Both the position numbers and the translations under genes were made by a program. This document shows positions 1 to 9,120 of a stretch of DNA of 64,000 nucleotides, piece after piece. The notes under the pieces are model-generated. The model ran no database searches. It was not told the origin of the DNA and worked only from the letters and a program-made list of their open reading frames with translations. The first letter of the stretch is position 1. Every line of letters starts with the position of its first letter. Source of the stretch: an uncultured Gammaproteobacteria bacterium (GTDB lineage Bacteria > Patescibacteriota > Patescibacteriia > Patescibacteriales > UBA12465); contig CAZTUJ010000002.1 in assembly GCA_964616855.1 (NCBI GenBank), forward strand, positions 10,196 to 74,195, given 5' to 3'.

Positions 1-920
1 ATTGGTGGTTGCCGGCTTTGTTCTATAAAATTGTGTTGGGTAATTATGAACTACTAGGTACGCCTCGGAGCACTAATCATTTACGCGCCTTCTATTTTAT
101 CGAATCCACTTTCAATCAGTTACTTTGGACGGTTAAAAGCCGGCAGATTACCCAGTTAGAAATTTTCTCACTTTGGCTGGCCAAGATTCTAATTTTCCTA
201 GCTGCCTCTAAAGTGATGATGGCGGTAGAGGCGAAGAAGCGAAACGTGGTAGTTTTTGGTCTACTATTTTTAGTGGCCGTCTCCGCGGCTTTATTCCTAC
301 TTTCTCCGGCTTCGCAAAATTACGTTGCTATTTATGAGAAACACGTTTGTTGGCTATCAGTCTTATTTGCTCTATTGATTGCTGGTTTAGCATTAAAGCT
401 AAAAACCAAACAAGCCGCCGTTTTAATTAGCATTATTCTTATTACCTTTATTCCCTTTAATGCCAAAATTTTAGCAAGCCGTTTTGCTTTTGATCAGGAT
501 CGAGCCCAGAAAACAATTGCTTTGCAGATTAATGAGGCTTATCAACCTGGTGATATCGTGATTGATAATTTTTCCTATGACCGCAGCAATCTCAATTATT
601 ATCTGCGTTCCGATATCTCTGCTTATGGCTTCTATCCTCCGCGTCTGCTTGACTGGCGGCGTGATCCTTACGCTAGTCGTGAGACCCTGGGTTTTTTGGA
701 AAATGAAGCCCAGTCACGTGGCTTTGCGGTTAGCGATCAAGACCGGGAAAGAAAGATGAGATATATTATTAATTCTTCTCAGCCTCAGCGCATCTGGCTG
801 GCTTTTGCGGATTATGAAAATTATCAGATTAAAGCTTGGTTAGAAAAAAATGGCTGGCGGCACGCTCTTTACGCGATTGACCGTTTTTCACCTTTGGATT
901 TATATGTGAAGGAATGGTAA
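1..920 (+). CDS. Multi-pass membrane protein, 5'-truncated by window edge (possibly C-terminal part of a GT-C/ArnT-PMT-like glycosyltransferase)
   Basis: Frame is open to position 1 (the track start at 9 is only a TTG). Several hydrophobic helices are followed by a soluble C-terminal domain. Stop TAA at 918-920. The functional guess is weak. Confidence 0.4.
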   Translation, partial: WWLPALFYKIVLGNYELLGTPRSTNHLRAFYFIESTFNQLLWTVKSRQITQLEIFSLWLAKILIFLAASKVMMAVEAKKRNVVVFGLLFLVAVSAALFLLSPASQNYVAIYEKHVCWLSVLFALLIAGLALKLKTKQAAVLISIILITFIPFNAKILASRFAFDQDRAQKTIALQINEAYQPGDIVIDNFSYDRSNLNYYLRSDISAYGFYPPRLLDWRRDPYASRETLGFLENEAQSRGFAVSDQDRERKMRYIINSSQPQRIWLAFADYENYQIKAWLEKNGWRHALYAIDRFSPLDLYVKEW

Positions 921-932
921 TTTGGGTAAATT

Positions 933-961
933 AAAAAAACACGCTAAGAGCGTGTTTTTTG
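933..961 (+). terminator. Rho-independent terminator
   Basis: A-run, stem cacgc(940-944)/gcgtg(950-954), then T-run 955-960, directly after the stop at 920. Confidence 0.6.
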
Positions 962-985
962 TAAAGACGATAATATTTTAGCAAG

Positions 986-1016
986 CAAAAAGAGGCAAGT
1001 GGGGCCTCTTTTTTTA
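986..1016 (-). terminator. Rho-independent terminator (bidirectional shape) for the minus-strand CYTH-like gene
   Basis: Stem agaggc(991-996)/gcctct(1004-1009) flanked by an A-run and a T-run. It overlaps the stop of the 1014..1697 ORF. Confidence 0.55.
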
Positions 1017-1697
1017 CGCGACGAGTAGTTGCTCTATTTTTGGCTGATGGCCGCGCATTAATAAATGAAGTTTTTCGCTTATCTTTTGGATGATTTCCGG
1101 TATCATCGTTCTCTCTGATCGAAATTCAATTTCATAATAAACTTTTGATAAGCAAAACGTTTGGCCAATCACCAACACTCCCTCTTTGAGGCCGACTTTC
1201 TTTCTAATGGTGTTGGTGAGACCGATAATTTGGATGGGGGCGGAAAGCTTGATTAAAGAAATGCTCCTTTTAATCTCTCCTTCGGGGAGAACCCCTTTAG
1301 TTAGGAGACAAAAATCTTCTAAGCTGATGTGCTGTGACGCCTCCCAATGTTCTTCGCTTTGACAGCTCTTTAATTCTAAGGAGTAAGCTCCATTTTTAAT
1401 ACGGGCGCGGAGGCGCAGCTTCTGTCCATTCAACTGGGCACGTTCTTTTTCGACAGATGTGTCGAGATATATATAGAAAGCTTGCGACCAATCACCCTTT
1501 TCTTGAAAATTTTTGAGAAGCATCTGATACTCCTCCGCACTTATCTCTTTCTTGAAGAGGCAGGGCGGTTTTCCATATTTCTTATCTTTTCTCATGATTT
1601 CTGGGTTTTGGTAGATAATGGTTAGGGAATATATGTTGGGTTTAATGTACGGAACAAAGGTGGTTATTATTTTCCAACAATTTTCAACTTTTGTCAA
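1014..1697 (-). CDS. CYTH-like domain protein (YjbK-like), N-terminal acidic motif degenerate
   Basis: LRLRARIKNGAYSLELK and a C-terminal YYEIEF strand resemble CYTH/YjbK proteins. The expected N-terminal ExExK is replaced by CLFKK. The track start is TTG, and an in-frame ATG at 1595 is an alternative start. Confidence 0.5.
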   Translation of the reverse strand: MTKVENCWKIITTFVPYIKPNIYSLTIIYQNPEIMRKDKKYGKPPCLFKKEISAEEYQMLLKNFQEKGDWSQAFYIYLDTSVEKERAQLNGQKLRLRARIKNGAYSLELKSCQSEEHWEASQHISLEDFCLLTKGVLPEGEIKRSISLIKLSAPIQIIGLTNTIRKKVGLKEGVLVIGQTFCLSKVYYEIEFRSERTMIPEIIQKISEKLHLLMRGHQPKIEQLLVA

Positions 1698-1760
1698 GAG
1701 TAAAGATTGATAGAGCTAGCTGTTTATTAAATATATAGCTAATATTAAATTAATTAGCTG

Positions 1761-2492
1761 TTAATCGGAGAGAATATCTAACAAATCTAAAAATAAGTTA
1801 ATGATATCTAGGTAAATGTTAACCGCGATGTCAACGGCTGTACCCCAGGACTTATCACCCGCCATTTCTTCCAGGCGGTTGAAGTCATAGAGAAGATAGA
1901 GGGTAAAAATTAGAGCTCCTAGGTAGGATTTAATTAAGGAAAACAAGCGAGAGTGGAAAAATAGGGCATTAGAGATGCTTAGGAGGATTAGGGCAATGAG
2001 GGCGATCAAAAGAAAACTACCCAGAAAGCTGAAATTGATGTTAGTAAGAAAGACGGTGCTGGCGGTGGCAAAAATTGCCAGAGCGGTGGCTAATAAGGTT
2101 TGAGAAATAATTTTCCCCCATTCATGATCATCGGGATTGCCGGCTATGGATCTTTCGAATTCCGCTTCTTGCTCGGGACTGATTTTTCCCTTTTCTATTT
2201 TTATCCCCTTACTTTTTAAATATTTCTTTAACATGAATCTTTTTCGATATAATTCAATGGTCGGCCCCATTTGCCAGCCAATCAAAGCGGAAAAAATAGC
2301 CACTAAGATGAGATTGAGTGGGAAGATGTCGGCAAAAAAGACAATGGCAAAGAGAAAAGCAAAGGTACTAATTATTGTTATCCACATTTCTTTTTTAGTC
2401 TCGAATAATTTGTTGAGACGGGAGGTAAAGGCAGTAATTAACAACATGCCGCCAACAATTAAAAAGACGCGCGCAAAGAGCAGGTCGAACAT
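1761..2492 (-). CDS. Bax inhibitor-1/YccA family membrane protein (with internal soluble insertion)
   Basis: About 7 hydrophobic helices and the C-terminal motif NIYLDIINLFLDLLDIL typical of the BI-1/YccA family. Confidence 0.6.
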   Translation of the reverse strand: MFDLLFARVFLIVGGMLLITAFTSRLNKLFETKKEMWITIISTFAFLFAIVFFADIFPLNLILVAIFSALIGWQMGPTIELYRKRFMLKKYLKSKGIKIEKGKISPEQEAEFERSIAGNPDDHEWGKIISQTLLATALAIFATASTVFLTNINFSFLGSFLLIALIALILLSISNALFFHSRLFSLIKSYLGALIFTLYLLYDFNRLEEMAGDKSWGTAVDIAVNIYLDIINLFLDLLDILSD

Positions 2493-2526
2493 AGTTTTTA
2501 AATTATTTTAATTATTTTTTGAAAAC

Positions 2527-2874
2527 TTATTTCACTAAGCCGATTTTTTCTAAAAAAGAAAGAAGAGACTCGCCAAAGGTCGTGCCCTTATTATCTATAT
2601 AACTGGAGCGATATCCCGATTCAATCACGCCGTAGAGGACAATCAAACCCATCAATAGGCCGCCGATAGTAAAAATATATAAGTCCCTTTTTTTACGTGG
2701 TGATAATTCTTTAAAATCTTTTATTAACAAATTAAAATTTCCTCTATATAAAATTAGGAAATAGATAGTAAAAATAAATATAACCAAGACAATAAAAAGG
2801 AGGTAAGGGTTAAAGCCTGTTTTAAATAAGTAAATAGCTGGTCCCTGGATCAACCAATAGGAGGCGTTACTCAT
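2527..2874 (-). CDS. Small membrane protein, unknown function
   Basis: 115-aa ORF with 3 predicted TM helices. It is in an operon-like position with neighbours on the same strand. Confidence 0.5.
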   Translation of the reverse strand: MSNASYWLIQGPAIYLFKTGFNPYLLFIVLVIFIFTIYFLILYRGNFNLLIKDFKELSPRKKRDLYIFTIGGLLMGLIVLYGVIESGYRSSYIDNKGTTFGESLLSFLEKIGLVK

Positions 2875-2925
2875 AAGTTTGGTATTAAAAAGTAAATTTT
2901 ATTCTAGTAACTAATGGCGTTAGTT

Positions 2926-3375
2926 TTATTCCTGTCCCCAGTCTAACAGCTCGGTAAAACGGAGATAAAAGCCGAAGGGATCGACCATGCGAAAGTCTTT
3001 CCATTTATGACCATGGTCTTCCAACTCCGTCAGTTCGCGTGCTAGGTTCTCTGGTAAATTAGCGCGGACTGAATGATATAATTCTTCGATATTATTAACA
3101 CTGACGGTAATACTAAGAGCATAGCCTCTTTTGGTGTCTTGGGGAAATTGTTTAAAAAATGATTGTTGATAGACGCGGTCATCGCCGCCGTAGAAATTAA
3201 GCATGGTTTGACCGAGTTTATCCTTCCTGGTCATGGTCAAATAGCCGAGATGCGTATCATCAATTACATCCTCTAGACTGGTAATAAAGCCTAGTTGAGA
3301 ATAGAAGGCCTTGGCGACCTCCAAGTCAGGAACATGTAATTCTATTACTAGGTTATTTTTTAGAGGATTAAGCAT
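2926..3375 (-). CDS. VOC (glyoxalase/bleomycin-resistance/dioxygenase) family protein
   Basis: The N-terminal LHVPDLEVAKAFYSQLGF pattern and size (149 aa) are typical of the VOC fold. Confidence 0.55.
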   Translation of the reverse strand: MLNPLKNNLVIELHVPDLEVAKAFYSQLGFITSLEDVIDDTHLGYLTMTRKDKLGQTMLNFYGGDDRVYQQSFFKQFPQDTKRGYALSITVSVNNIEELYHSVRANLPENLARELTELEDHGHKWKDFRMVDPFGFYLRFTELLDWGQE

Positions 3376-3577
3376 AGATTTGTAGTTTATTTAATTATAT
3401 CACAATCCTGATATTAGTTAATTGCCGTAAAGCGGGAAAGAGGCTATTATTAAAGGTACAGACCCCTATAACTATATGGCTTGGCATCATATCACAACGC
3501 GCATCTTCGGCTTGTTAGAAATCTGGCTAGCAACCGAAGTTTATCCTCATTTCCCGGTACGAAAGGGTGGTTTTAAT

Positions 3578-4465
3578 ATGGACACCGTTGTTTTAGGCGA
3601 GGATGGGATTATTAAAAGGTATGTTGATCAGAAAGAATTAGACGCTTTTAAAAAGTTAGTGAAAACTGTAAATTTTAAGGAACTTCTGTCTGGTTTTGAA
3701 AAGTTTGAAAAGTCAGTTTTGCCATTTTTTGATAAAAACCCCTTGGACAACCGCCAAGAGTTCATGGAAATCTTCAGGAAATTGTGGGTCCATGAAATTA
3801 CCGCTTTCTTTATCGGCCTTTATACTGAAGACCAAAAGATTATTAATATTATTTCCCGCCTTCGCGGCGCTCGTAGTGCCCAGCACCGGGCAACGGCCGA
3901 ATTTCTACCCAAGCTTTATCGACAGATCGCTAAAGCTAAGGGGATTGAGGTTGATTTACTCAAATATTCTTTACCTGAGGAAATTATTTCTTTAGATTTC
4001 CAGGCCGATATCTTAAAATTACGACGCCATCAATATGTCATTGAAAGCAAGGGTGAAAAAATGCGTTTGTTAACGGGAGTACAAGCTGAAAACTATACAA
4101 AAAAATTCTTAAAAAACACCCGGGAGAATATTGATGAAAATATTTCTGAGATTAAAGGTTCTCCTGCTTTTTTAGGAAAAGTTTCTGGTCGCGTCATTGT
4201 CGTTAAACACGAACAAGAGCTTAAGCTGGTGAAAAAGGGTGATATTTTGGTAGCGCCGATGACCAGGACTTCATTTTTACCGGCTATGAAAAAAGCGGCC
4301 GCTTTTGTCACCGATGAAGGCGGTCTCACTTGCCACGCCGCGATTATTGCCAGAGAGCTCCGCAAGCCTTGCGTGGTTGGCACCAAAATAGCCAGTCAGG
4401 TTCTCAAAAAGGGGATGATGGTTGAAGTTGATGCTAACAAGGGTATGATTAAGATAATTAACTAA
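3578..4465 (+). CDS. PEP-utilising-enzyme mobile (phosphohistidine swivel) domain protein with unknown N-terminal domain
   Basis: C-terminus TDEGGLTCHAAIIARELRKPCVVG closely matches the PpsA/PPDK phosphohistidine swivel motif. No ATP-grasp or PEP-binding domain is present. ATG at 3578 is preceded by aagggtgg; the track ORF extends to 3476. Confidence 0.7.
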   Translation: MDTVVLGEDGIIKRYVDQKELDAFKKLVKTVNFKELLSGFEKFEKSVLPFFDKNPLDNRQEFMEIFRKLWVHEITAFFIGLYTEDQKIINIISRLRGARSAQHRATAEFLPKLYRQIAKAKGIEVDLLKYSLPEEIISLDFQADILKLRRHQYVIESKGEKMRLLTGVQAENYTKKFLKNTRENIDENISEIKGSPAFLGKVSGRVIVVKHEQELKLVKKGDILVAPMTRTSFLPAMKKAAAFVTDEGGLTCHAAIIARELRKPCVVGTKIASQVLKKGMMVEVDANKGMIKIIN

Positions 4466-4470
4466 ATTAT

Positions 4471-5283
4471 ATGGAAAAAGGAATAAGGTTTGGCTTTATT
4501 CGTCACGGTGAAAAAATTAATCCCGAAAAAGAAGAGACTTCTTTAGATTCTTCTAATTTAACAGAAGCGCAGAAACAGAGATGGGCGGAATCGATTGAAA
4601 AATTGGGAATTAAAGACGATCCGCAGATTACTTATGAAAATATGCCACGAATTGAAGAATTAGCGCGGGATATTTTTGAAAGTCTGCCCGATAATTCTTT
4701 AGTTGTTTTTACCTCAACTAATTATCCGCGCACCCGTTTAACCGCTGATCTAATTTCTCAAGCCTTATGCGATTTATCATTTGCCGATGAGGGCAAGAAA
4801 AATATTAGCGTTAGTTTTTTATGGGAAGATCCGAAAAGTACGGAGCCTAGTTTAACTGATATCGGTGATATGAAGGGAGAGTCGGCAGCTAATCAAAGGT
4901 TGATGAGAAATTTAAAAAATGAACAGTATCCCGATGATGATAAATTTGAACGTTACTTGGAGAAAAAAGGAAATATCACCTTTGACCGCGAAGATGAGGT
5001 TTTGCGGCAGGCGGTTAATCTAGATTTGGCCAGCGCGGATTCACAATACAAGCAAAGAGCCACTAGTTTTAAGCAGCAGCTTAAAAATATTGAATCTTTA
5101 TTTAGCGAGAATACGGAGAAGGTTTTTTTCTACATGGTTGGACATCATCCCAACCTTATCACTCTAGACGTCGCCCTTAACGGCCGTACTCATTATGATA
5201 AAGCTGAAGAAATTCCCAAACCATTGTCCCTCTGGGAAGTGGACAGCGGGAAATTAAGAGACTTTGTTGAAGATAAGGACTAA
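4471..5283 (+). CDS. Histidine phosphatase (PGAM-like) superfamily protein
   Basis: N-terminal FIRHGEK (RHG motif) and later MVGHHPN (second catalytic His region). 5-nt gap from the upstream gene. Confidence 0.6.
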   Translation: MEKGIRFGFIRHGEKINPEKEETSLDSSNLTEAQKQRWAESIEKLGIKDDPQITYENMPRIEELARDIFESLPDNSLVVFTSTNYPRTRLTADLISQALCDLSFADEGKKNISVSFLWEDPKSTEPSLTDIGDMKGESAANQRLMRNLKNEQYPDDDKFERYLEKKGNITFDREDEVLRQAVNLDLASADSQYKQRATSFKQQLKNIESLFSENTEKVFFYMVGHHPNLITLDVALNGRTHYDKAEEIPKPLSLWEVDSGKLRDFVEDKD

Positions 5284-5299
5284 TTAGAAAAAAAGATAT

Positions 5300-5330
5300 C
5301 AAAAAATAAGGTTTTAACCTTATTTTTTTG
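5300..5330. terminator. Bidirectional rho-independent terminator between convergent genes
   Basis: ataaggtt/aaccttat stem flanked by an A-run and a T-run. Confidence 0.55.
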
Positions 5331-5339
5331 TAGATATTG

Positions 5340-5864
5340 TTATTTATCCCCCAACAGTAAGTCGCTGTAGGAAACGGAGATTAAATCAGCCTCAGAAATA
5401 TCTAAATCTTTGAGATATTGATGGCATTGCTCTAGCAATTTCTCTTTACCGATATTACCCTCACTATCGATTGCTTCAATTTCCATGAAGGTGCCAAGAT
5501 TTAAGACGGTATCAAGGTGAAATTTAACATTGTCGATGAAATAAATTTCTCTTTTTTTATCGACAATGGTCAGAACTCCGCAGGCGTTAGTAAGAATCAG
5601 CTTTAATGACGATTCTGGCTCTGATTTAAAGAGAATAACATCTGATTGTTTGGGCCCGCCTTTATTTTCGCGCTGGTAATAAATTAGGTAATTTTCAATA
5701 TTACCCTCTCTTAACTTCAGTCTCCCTTTATTTACTTGAAAATAGGTATCGACTTGGTGATCGACTCCTTTAAAGTCAGCGTTATGAGAAATAAGGAAGT
5801 CTCTGATTTTGTCATGGCTTGAAGACTTCGCTTTGATTTCAATATTGATATGTTGTCCGGACAT
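5340..5864 (-). CDS. CYTH domain protein (class IV adenylate cyclase CyaB / triphosphatase-like)
   Basis: N-terminal NIEIKAK strand, RLKLREG, a C-terminal FMEIEAI acidic strand, and a size of 174 aa. Confidence 0.65.
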   Translation of the reverse strand: MSGQHINIEIKAKSSSHDKIRDFLISHNADFKGVDHQVDTYFQVNKGRLKLREGNIENYLIYYQRENKGGPKQSDVILFKSEPESSLKLILTNACGVLTIVDKKREIYFIDNVKFHLDTVLNLGTFMEIEAIDSEGNIGKEKLLEQCHQYLKDLDISEADLISVSYSDLLLGDK

Positions 5865-5882
5865 AATTTTAAATCTATAAAA

Positions 5883-6629
5883 TTATTCAGTCGCCATGAT
5901 GATTTTGCCGCATCCTTTCTCGGCTCCAACTGCTAAATTAATGACCGCATCGATTATGGGTTCATAGGCTGTAATTTCGCTTCCGTCCTTTAATTCCACA
6001 CTTACTAAGTTGCTGTGATTTTGGTTAATTGTTTTTGCCTTACAAGCAGTAACTGCGGATACAACCTTTGTCCAATTCGCGTCGACTAGTGGCCTTTCTT
6101 TTAAAATCTCCTCCACTTCCTCGTAGCCAGAGATAAAAGCATAATTATAGCGGGCGGGAAGGGCAAAATAATAGTTTGCATTGCGACCAAGCTCGGTCGG
6201 TTTTATTGGTGCTGCCGAAACAGCCATCTTTTCTTGTTGAATTAAATTCCACTCTTCAATCGTAAAGATCATGACCGGAATATCTTGTCGGGGATTTTCT
6301 GTAGTCCATTCGGGGTGCCTGATTAGTATTTTAGTACCTTCAAGGGCATTGCTAGTTTCTTCCGAGTCGATTCTTTGCCCACTCCATTTATCCAAGACTA
6401 TGGAATAATTTTTCCAACTGAGCGGTAGCGAAAAAACAAAATCATACTCACTGTTTTGATATTTTACCTCTGTCGGAGTTTCCTCTGTTAAGTCAGTTGT
6501 CGGCACGCTAGCGGGAGGAGTATTTACAATTGGCGACTGTAATTTAGTCGGCTCCTTAAATAAAAGGAAATAGCCGAGCACGATGATAAGGGCGGCCAGC
6601 AGAATTCCAATAATTAATTTTTTATTCAT
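5883..6629 (-). CDS. Membrane-anchored/secreted hypothetical protein
   Basis: N-terminal MNKKLIIGILLAALIIVLGYFLLF signal-anchor, then a Pro/Thr-rich linker. No recognisable domain. Confidence 0.5.
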   Translation of the reverse strand: MNKKLIIGILLAALIIVLGYFLLFKEPTKLQSPIVNTPPASVPTTDLTEETPTEVKYQNSEYDFVFSLPLSWKNYSIVLDKWSGQRIDSEETSNALEGTKILIRHPEWTTENPRQDIPVMIFTIEEWNLIQQEKMAVSAAPIKPTELGRNANYYFALPARYNYAFISGYEEVEEILKERPLVDANWTKVVSAVTACKAKTINQNHSNLVSVELKDGSEITAYEPIIDAVINLAVGAEKGCGKIIMATE

Positions 6630-6762
6630 ATTTTTATTAAATATTAAACAAATTTATATCTATAATTTGAGTATACTCTCTCTGGCTAATAATAGATATA
6701 GCAAAATTATTGTATTGTTAGGTATTTTTATAATTAGCGCGGAGACTAATTGAGGCCATAGT

Positions 6763-7206
6763 TTATAGTTTGCCCTCTTTTATTAAATCAATCGCTGATT
6801 TTCCCGTTTGATTTTTTAAAACTAAACCTTTTTCTTCTAAAACATCATGAATTCTCGCTATCTGTTTTGGGGAGGTGTTAGTGGGAATCTTGTTAACATT
6901 AAAATATTCTATTTTATCCGCTTCTTCGTTTAAAGTTAGTTGCCCGCCGGTAATTTTGCAGATAAAAGAAAAAGCTAATTCGTTTTTTTCGGGTTTATTG
7001 TATACACCAGCCAGTCTTACTATCTCTACATCTAGACCAGTTTCCTCTTTTACCTCGCGCACGGCCCCTTCCCAGGGCGCCTCTCCAGATTCCATGGTGC
7101 CGCCGGGCAAATTCCATAAGTCGTAGTCGCGGCGATGACAGAGTAAGACTTTATTTTCTTCATCAAATATTAATCCAAAGCCGCTAATGGTAAATTGTGC
7201 TTTCAT
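6763..7206 (-). CDS. NUDIX hydrolase
   Basis: Nudix box GGTMESGEAPWEGAVREVKEETGL. Start moved to ATG at 7206 because the longer track ORF overlaps the upstream gene stop (7217). Confidence 0.85.
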   Translation of the reverse strand: MKAQFTISGFGLIFDEENKVLLCHRRDYDLWNLPGGTMESGEAPWEGAVREVKEETGLDVEIVRLAGVYNKPEKNELAFSFICKITGGQLTLNEEADKIEYFNVNKIPTNTSPKQIARIHDVLEEKGLVLKNQTGKSAIDLIKEGKL

Positions 7207-7216
7207 ATAAATAAAA

Positions 7217-7444
7217 TTACTTTTTATCAACTGATTCATTTTTATCGGGATAACAGCAGAGTACATTGTCTAAATATTTAATCCCACAAAAATATTCACA
7301 GATTGAAGTATTTTTAACGGCGCATCTATGAACGTTAGTTTTTTCTGCTTCATTCCAAGGGCATTTTGCTTGCTTCCATGAAGTTTGATCTGCAGAAGTA
7401 AGATCGATGTCCATATTAGCTCCATCTAAGGTGATTGTTTTCAT
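7217..7444 (-). CDS. Small cysteine-rich protein, unknown function
   Basis: 75-aa ORF with 7 Cys (CPW...C...C..FC...CC), 10 nt upstream of the NUDIX gene. Confidence 0.45.
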   Translation of the reverse strand: MKTITLDGANMDIDLTSADQTSWKQAKCPWNEAEKTNVHRCAVKNTSICEYFCGIKYLDNVLCCYPDKNESVDKK

Positions 7445-7502
7445 ATGATTTGGTAATTATCTTTAAATTATACCACGCTGTCTGAAAGGTATAAACTTCT
7501 AT

Positions 7503-7531
7503 CAAAATAGCCCCTAATGGGGGCTATTTTA
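7503..7531 (-). terminator. Rho-independent terminator
   Basis: atagcccc/ggggctat stem with A/T flanks, downstream of the 7578..8660 gene. Confidence 0.6.
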
Positions 7532-7577
7532 GTTTATGATTAAGGTTTTAAGTAAAACATTCGTTCTGGACGCCCTT

Positions 7578-8660
7578 CTATTTGCTAAAAGCTGTAAGTA
7601 GCTCTGAATACTTGTTTTTAATTCTGCACTTGCTGTCTAGTGATCCCTGGAAAGCTACGTCACTACTGTTTATCAGTATTTTACTAACGGCATTTTCGGT
7701 AAATAATAATTTAAGTTTTAGTTCTGAGCTTGATTCGGATTCTCCTAAAGTTTTTCTTTTGAGGCAAGGATCTTGAGATGCATCAATTAAGTCGCTGTAG
7801 TAAGCGAATAACTCTTTAACACTTAAGTTTGGCTTGAAATAATAATTGGTTTCAAGAGAAGTATATTTTGGTATAGAAACATCAGAAATATCATAATTGC
7901 CGGTGGCTATTTCTTCAATTGAGTGCTTGCGGACTAAATATTCAAATTTCCAAGGCGAAACATTATTACTTAAATCATAATTCGCTATTTTTTCTTGATA
8001 GTTTTGACGGAGAGAATCATTAATTACTGTGATGGTTAATATTTTTTGCAAAGTGTCGATGGCATTTTCTTTCATGGCTAGCCCGACTAGATAGGTGATG
8101 AGATTTGTTTGAGATTTTTCAATAGCATCGCCAACGGCCATTACTTTCAGACTTTCCGCTAAAGCCTCTTCCCCTTTTCCGTTTTTAGCCAGCCAAATTG
8201 CCCTTATGCAGTTTAGCTGAGCAGCTTGGCGCCAAGTATTCATCGCAATAATTTCTTGAGACATATCTTTCGGGTCAGCCGTGGCGGGTGATTGAAATTT
8301 TGGCTTTTGGGAGGCATCGGTAAAATATTCTAAAGCTATTTTATTATCACTCAACAAGGCCCCTACCTCAGCATCATCCCAAGTATCGCTAGTAAGAAAG
8401 TCTTTTAGTCGATTTCCGTTTTTAGTCATACTGACGGGAATCGTAATCTCGCTCATTTTATTTAAGTCATAAAATGAATTTTCCGATGGAGATACACTGA
8501 CTGCCGGCAAAATCATTGATGAGTCATCAATCGGTGAGATATCTTTGTTTAAGACTAAAGGTGTGGCAAATATTAATAAGAAGACGAGTAATAGTATCAG
8601 CCATTTGGTAATTTTTGATATCATTAATTTATTTGATGATGTTAAATCTTTAAAAGCCAT
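7578..8660 (-). CDS. Membrane-anchored hypothetical protein (helical extracytoplasmic domain)
   Basis: 360-aa ORF with an N-terminal TM (WLILLLVFLLIFATPLVL). No recognisable motif. Confidence 0.5.
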   Translation of the reverse strand: MAFKDLTSSNKLMISKITKWLILLLVFLLIFATPLVLNKDISPIDDSSMILPAVSVSPSENSFYDLNKMSEITIPVSMTKNGNRLKDFLTSDTWDDAEVGALLSDNKIALEYFTDASQKPKFQSPATADPKDMSQEIIAMNTWRQAAQLNCIRAIWLAKNGKGEEALAESLKVMAVGDAIEKSQTNLITYLVGLAMKENAIDTLQKILTITVINDSLRQNYQEKIANYDLSNNVSPWKFEYLVRKHSIEEIATGNYDISDVSIPKYTSLETNYYFKPNLSVKELFAYYSDLIDASQDPCLKRKTLGESESSSELKLKLLFTENAVSKILINSSDVAFQGSLDSKCRIKNKYSELLTAFSK

Positions 8661-8712
8661 ATTTATAATATTAATTATTTCTACAAAAAAATTATGAAGT
8701 AGGGATTAACTC

Positions 8713-9106
8713 TTAATTTTCCCCTAAAAAACATTTTCCGTCTTTACAGCCGACATCACCGCTGAATTTGCAATAAATATCTGTCGAAACTTTAGAAGAA
8801 TGACTCTTGTAATCGTTGGCATGTTCGGCCAAATAAAATTTATTTATTGCTGTAGGGCAAGCAAATTTGCCATGAAAAGTACAATCATCAGCAACTAAAC
8901 AAAACAACGGATCATTTTTATATAAAGACGCCCTTTCTTCTTTGTTTAGATCGGAAAATAAAATCACGGTTGATTTAACAATAAAGTTATGGGCTTTATT
9001 ATACAAAAAACCGACCCCTATCTAAATATTTACCAAGTAATAAAAAAATAATAATTAAAATAAGGAAAGCTATTAAGCCCTTTTCCCTAAAAGATAATTT
9101 TTTCAT
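8713..9106 (-). pseudogene. Signal-anchored Cys-rich protein split by a 1-nt frame change in a homopolymer (true frameshift or sequencing error)
   Basis: ATG at 9106 encodes MKKLSFREKGLIAFLILIIIFLLLGKYLDRGRFFV* (stop 8999-9001). The 97-aa Cys-rich ORF (8713..9006) has no ATG, only a TTG inside the T6 run (plus-strand a9005-9010). Removing one T fuses the two parts. Confidence 0.5.
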
Positions 9107-9120
9107 AGGAAACATAAACT

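Noticed and set aside
3476-3577. Long 5' extensions of track ORFs. These include 3476, 7266, 10768, 20373, 25834, 35768, 43699, 43886, 45832, 57197, 60204 and 61097.
   Set aside because: They begin at TTG/GTG or overlap the upstream gene, a terminator or a tRNA promoter. In each case an internal ATG matches the conserved N-terminus of the family, so the shorter coordinates were used.
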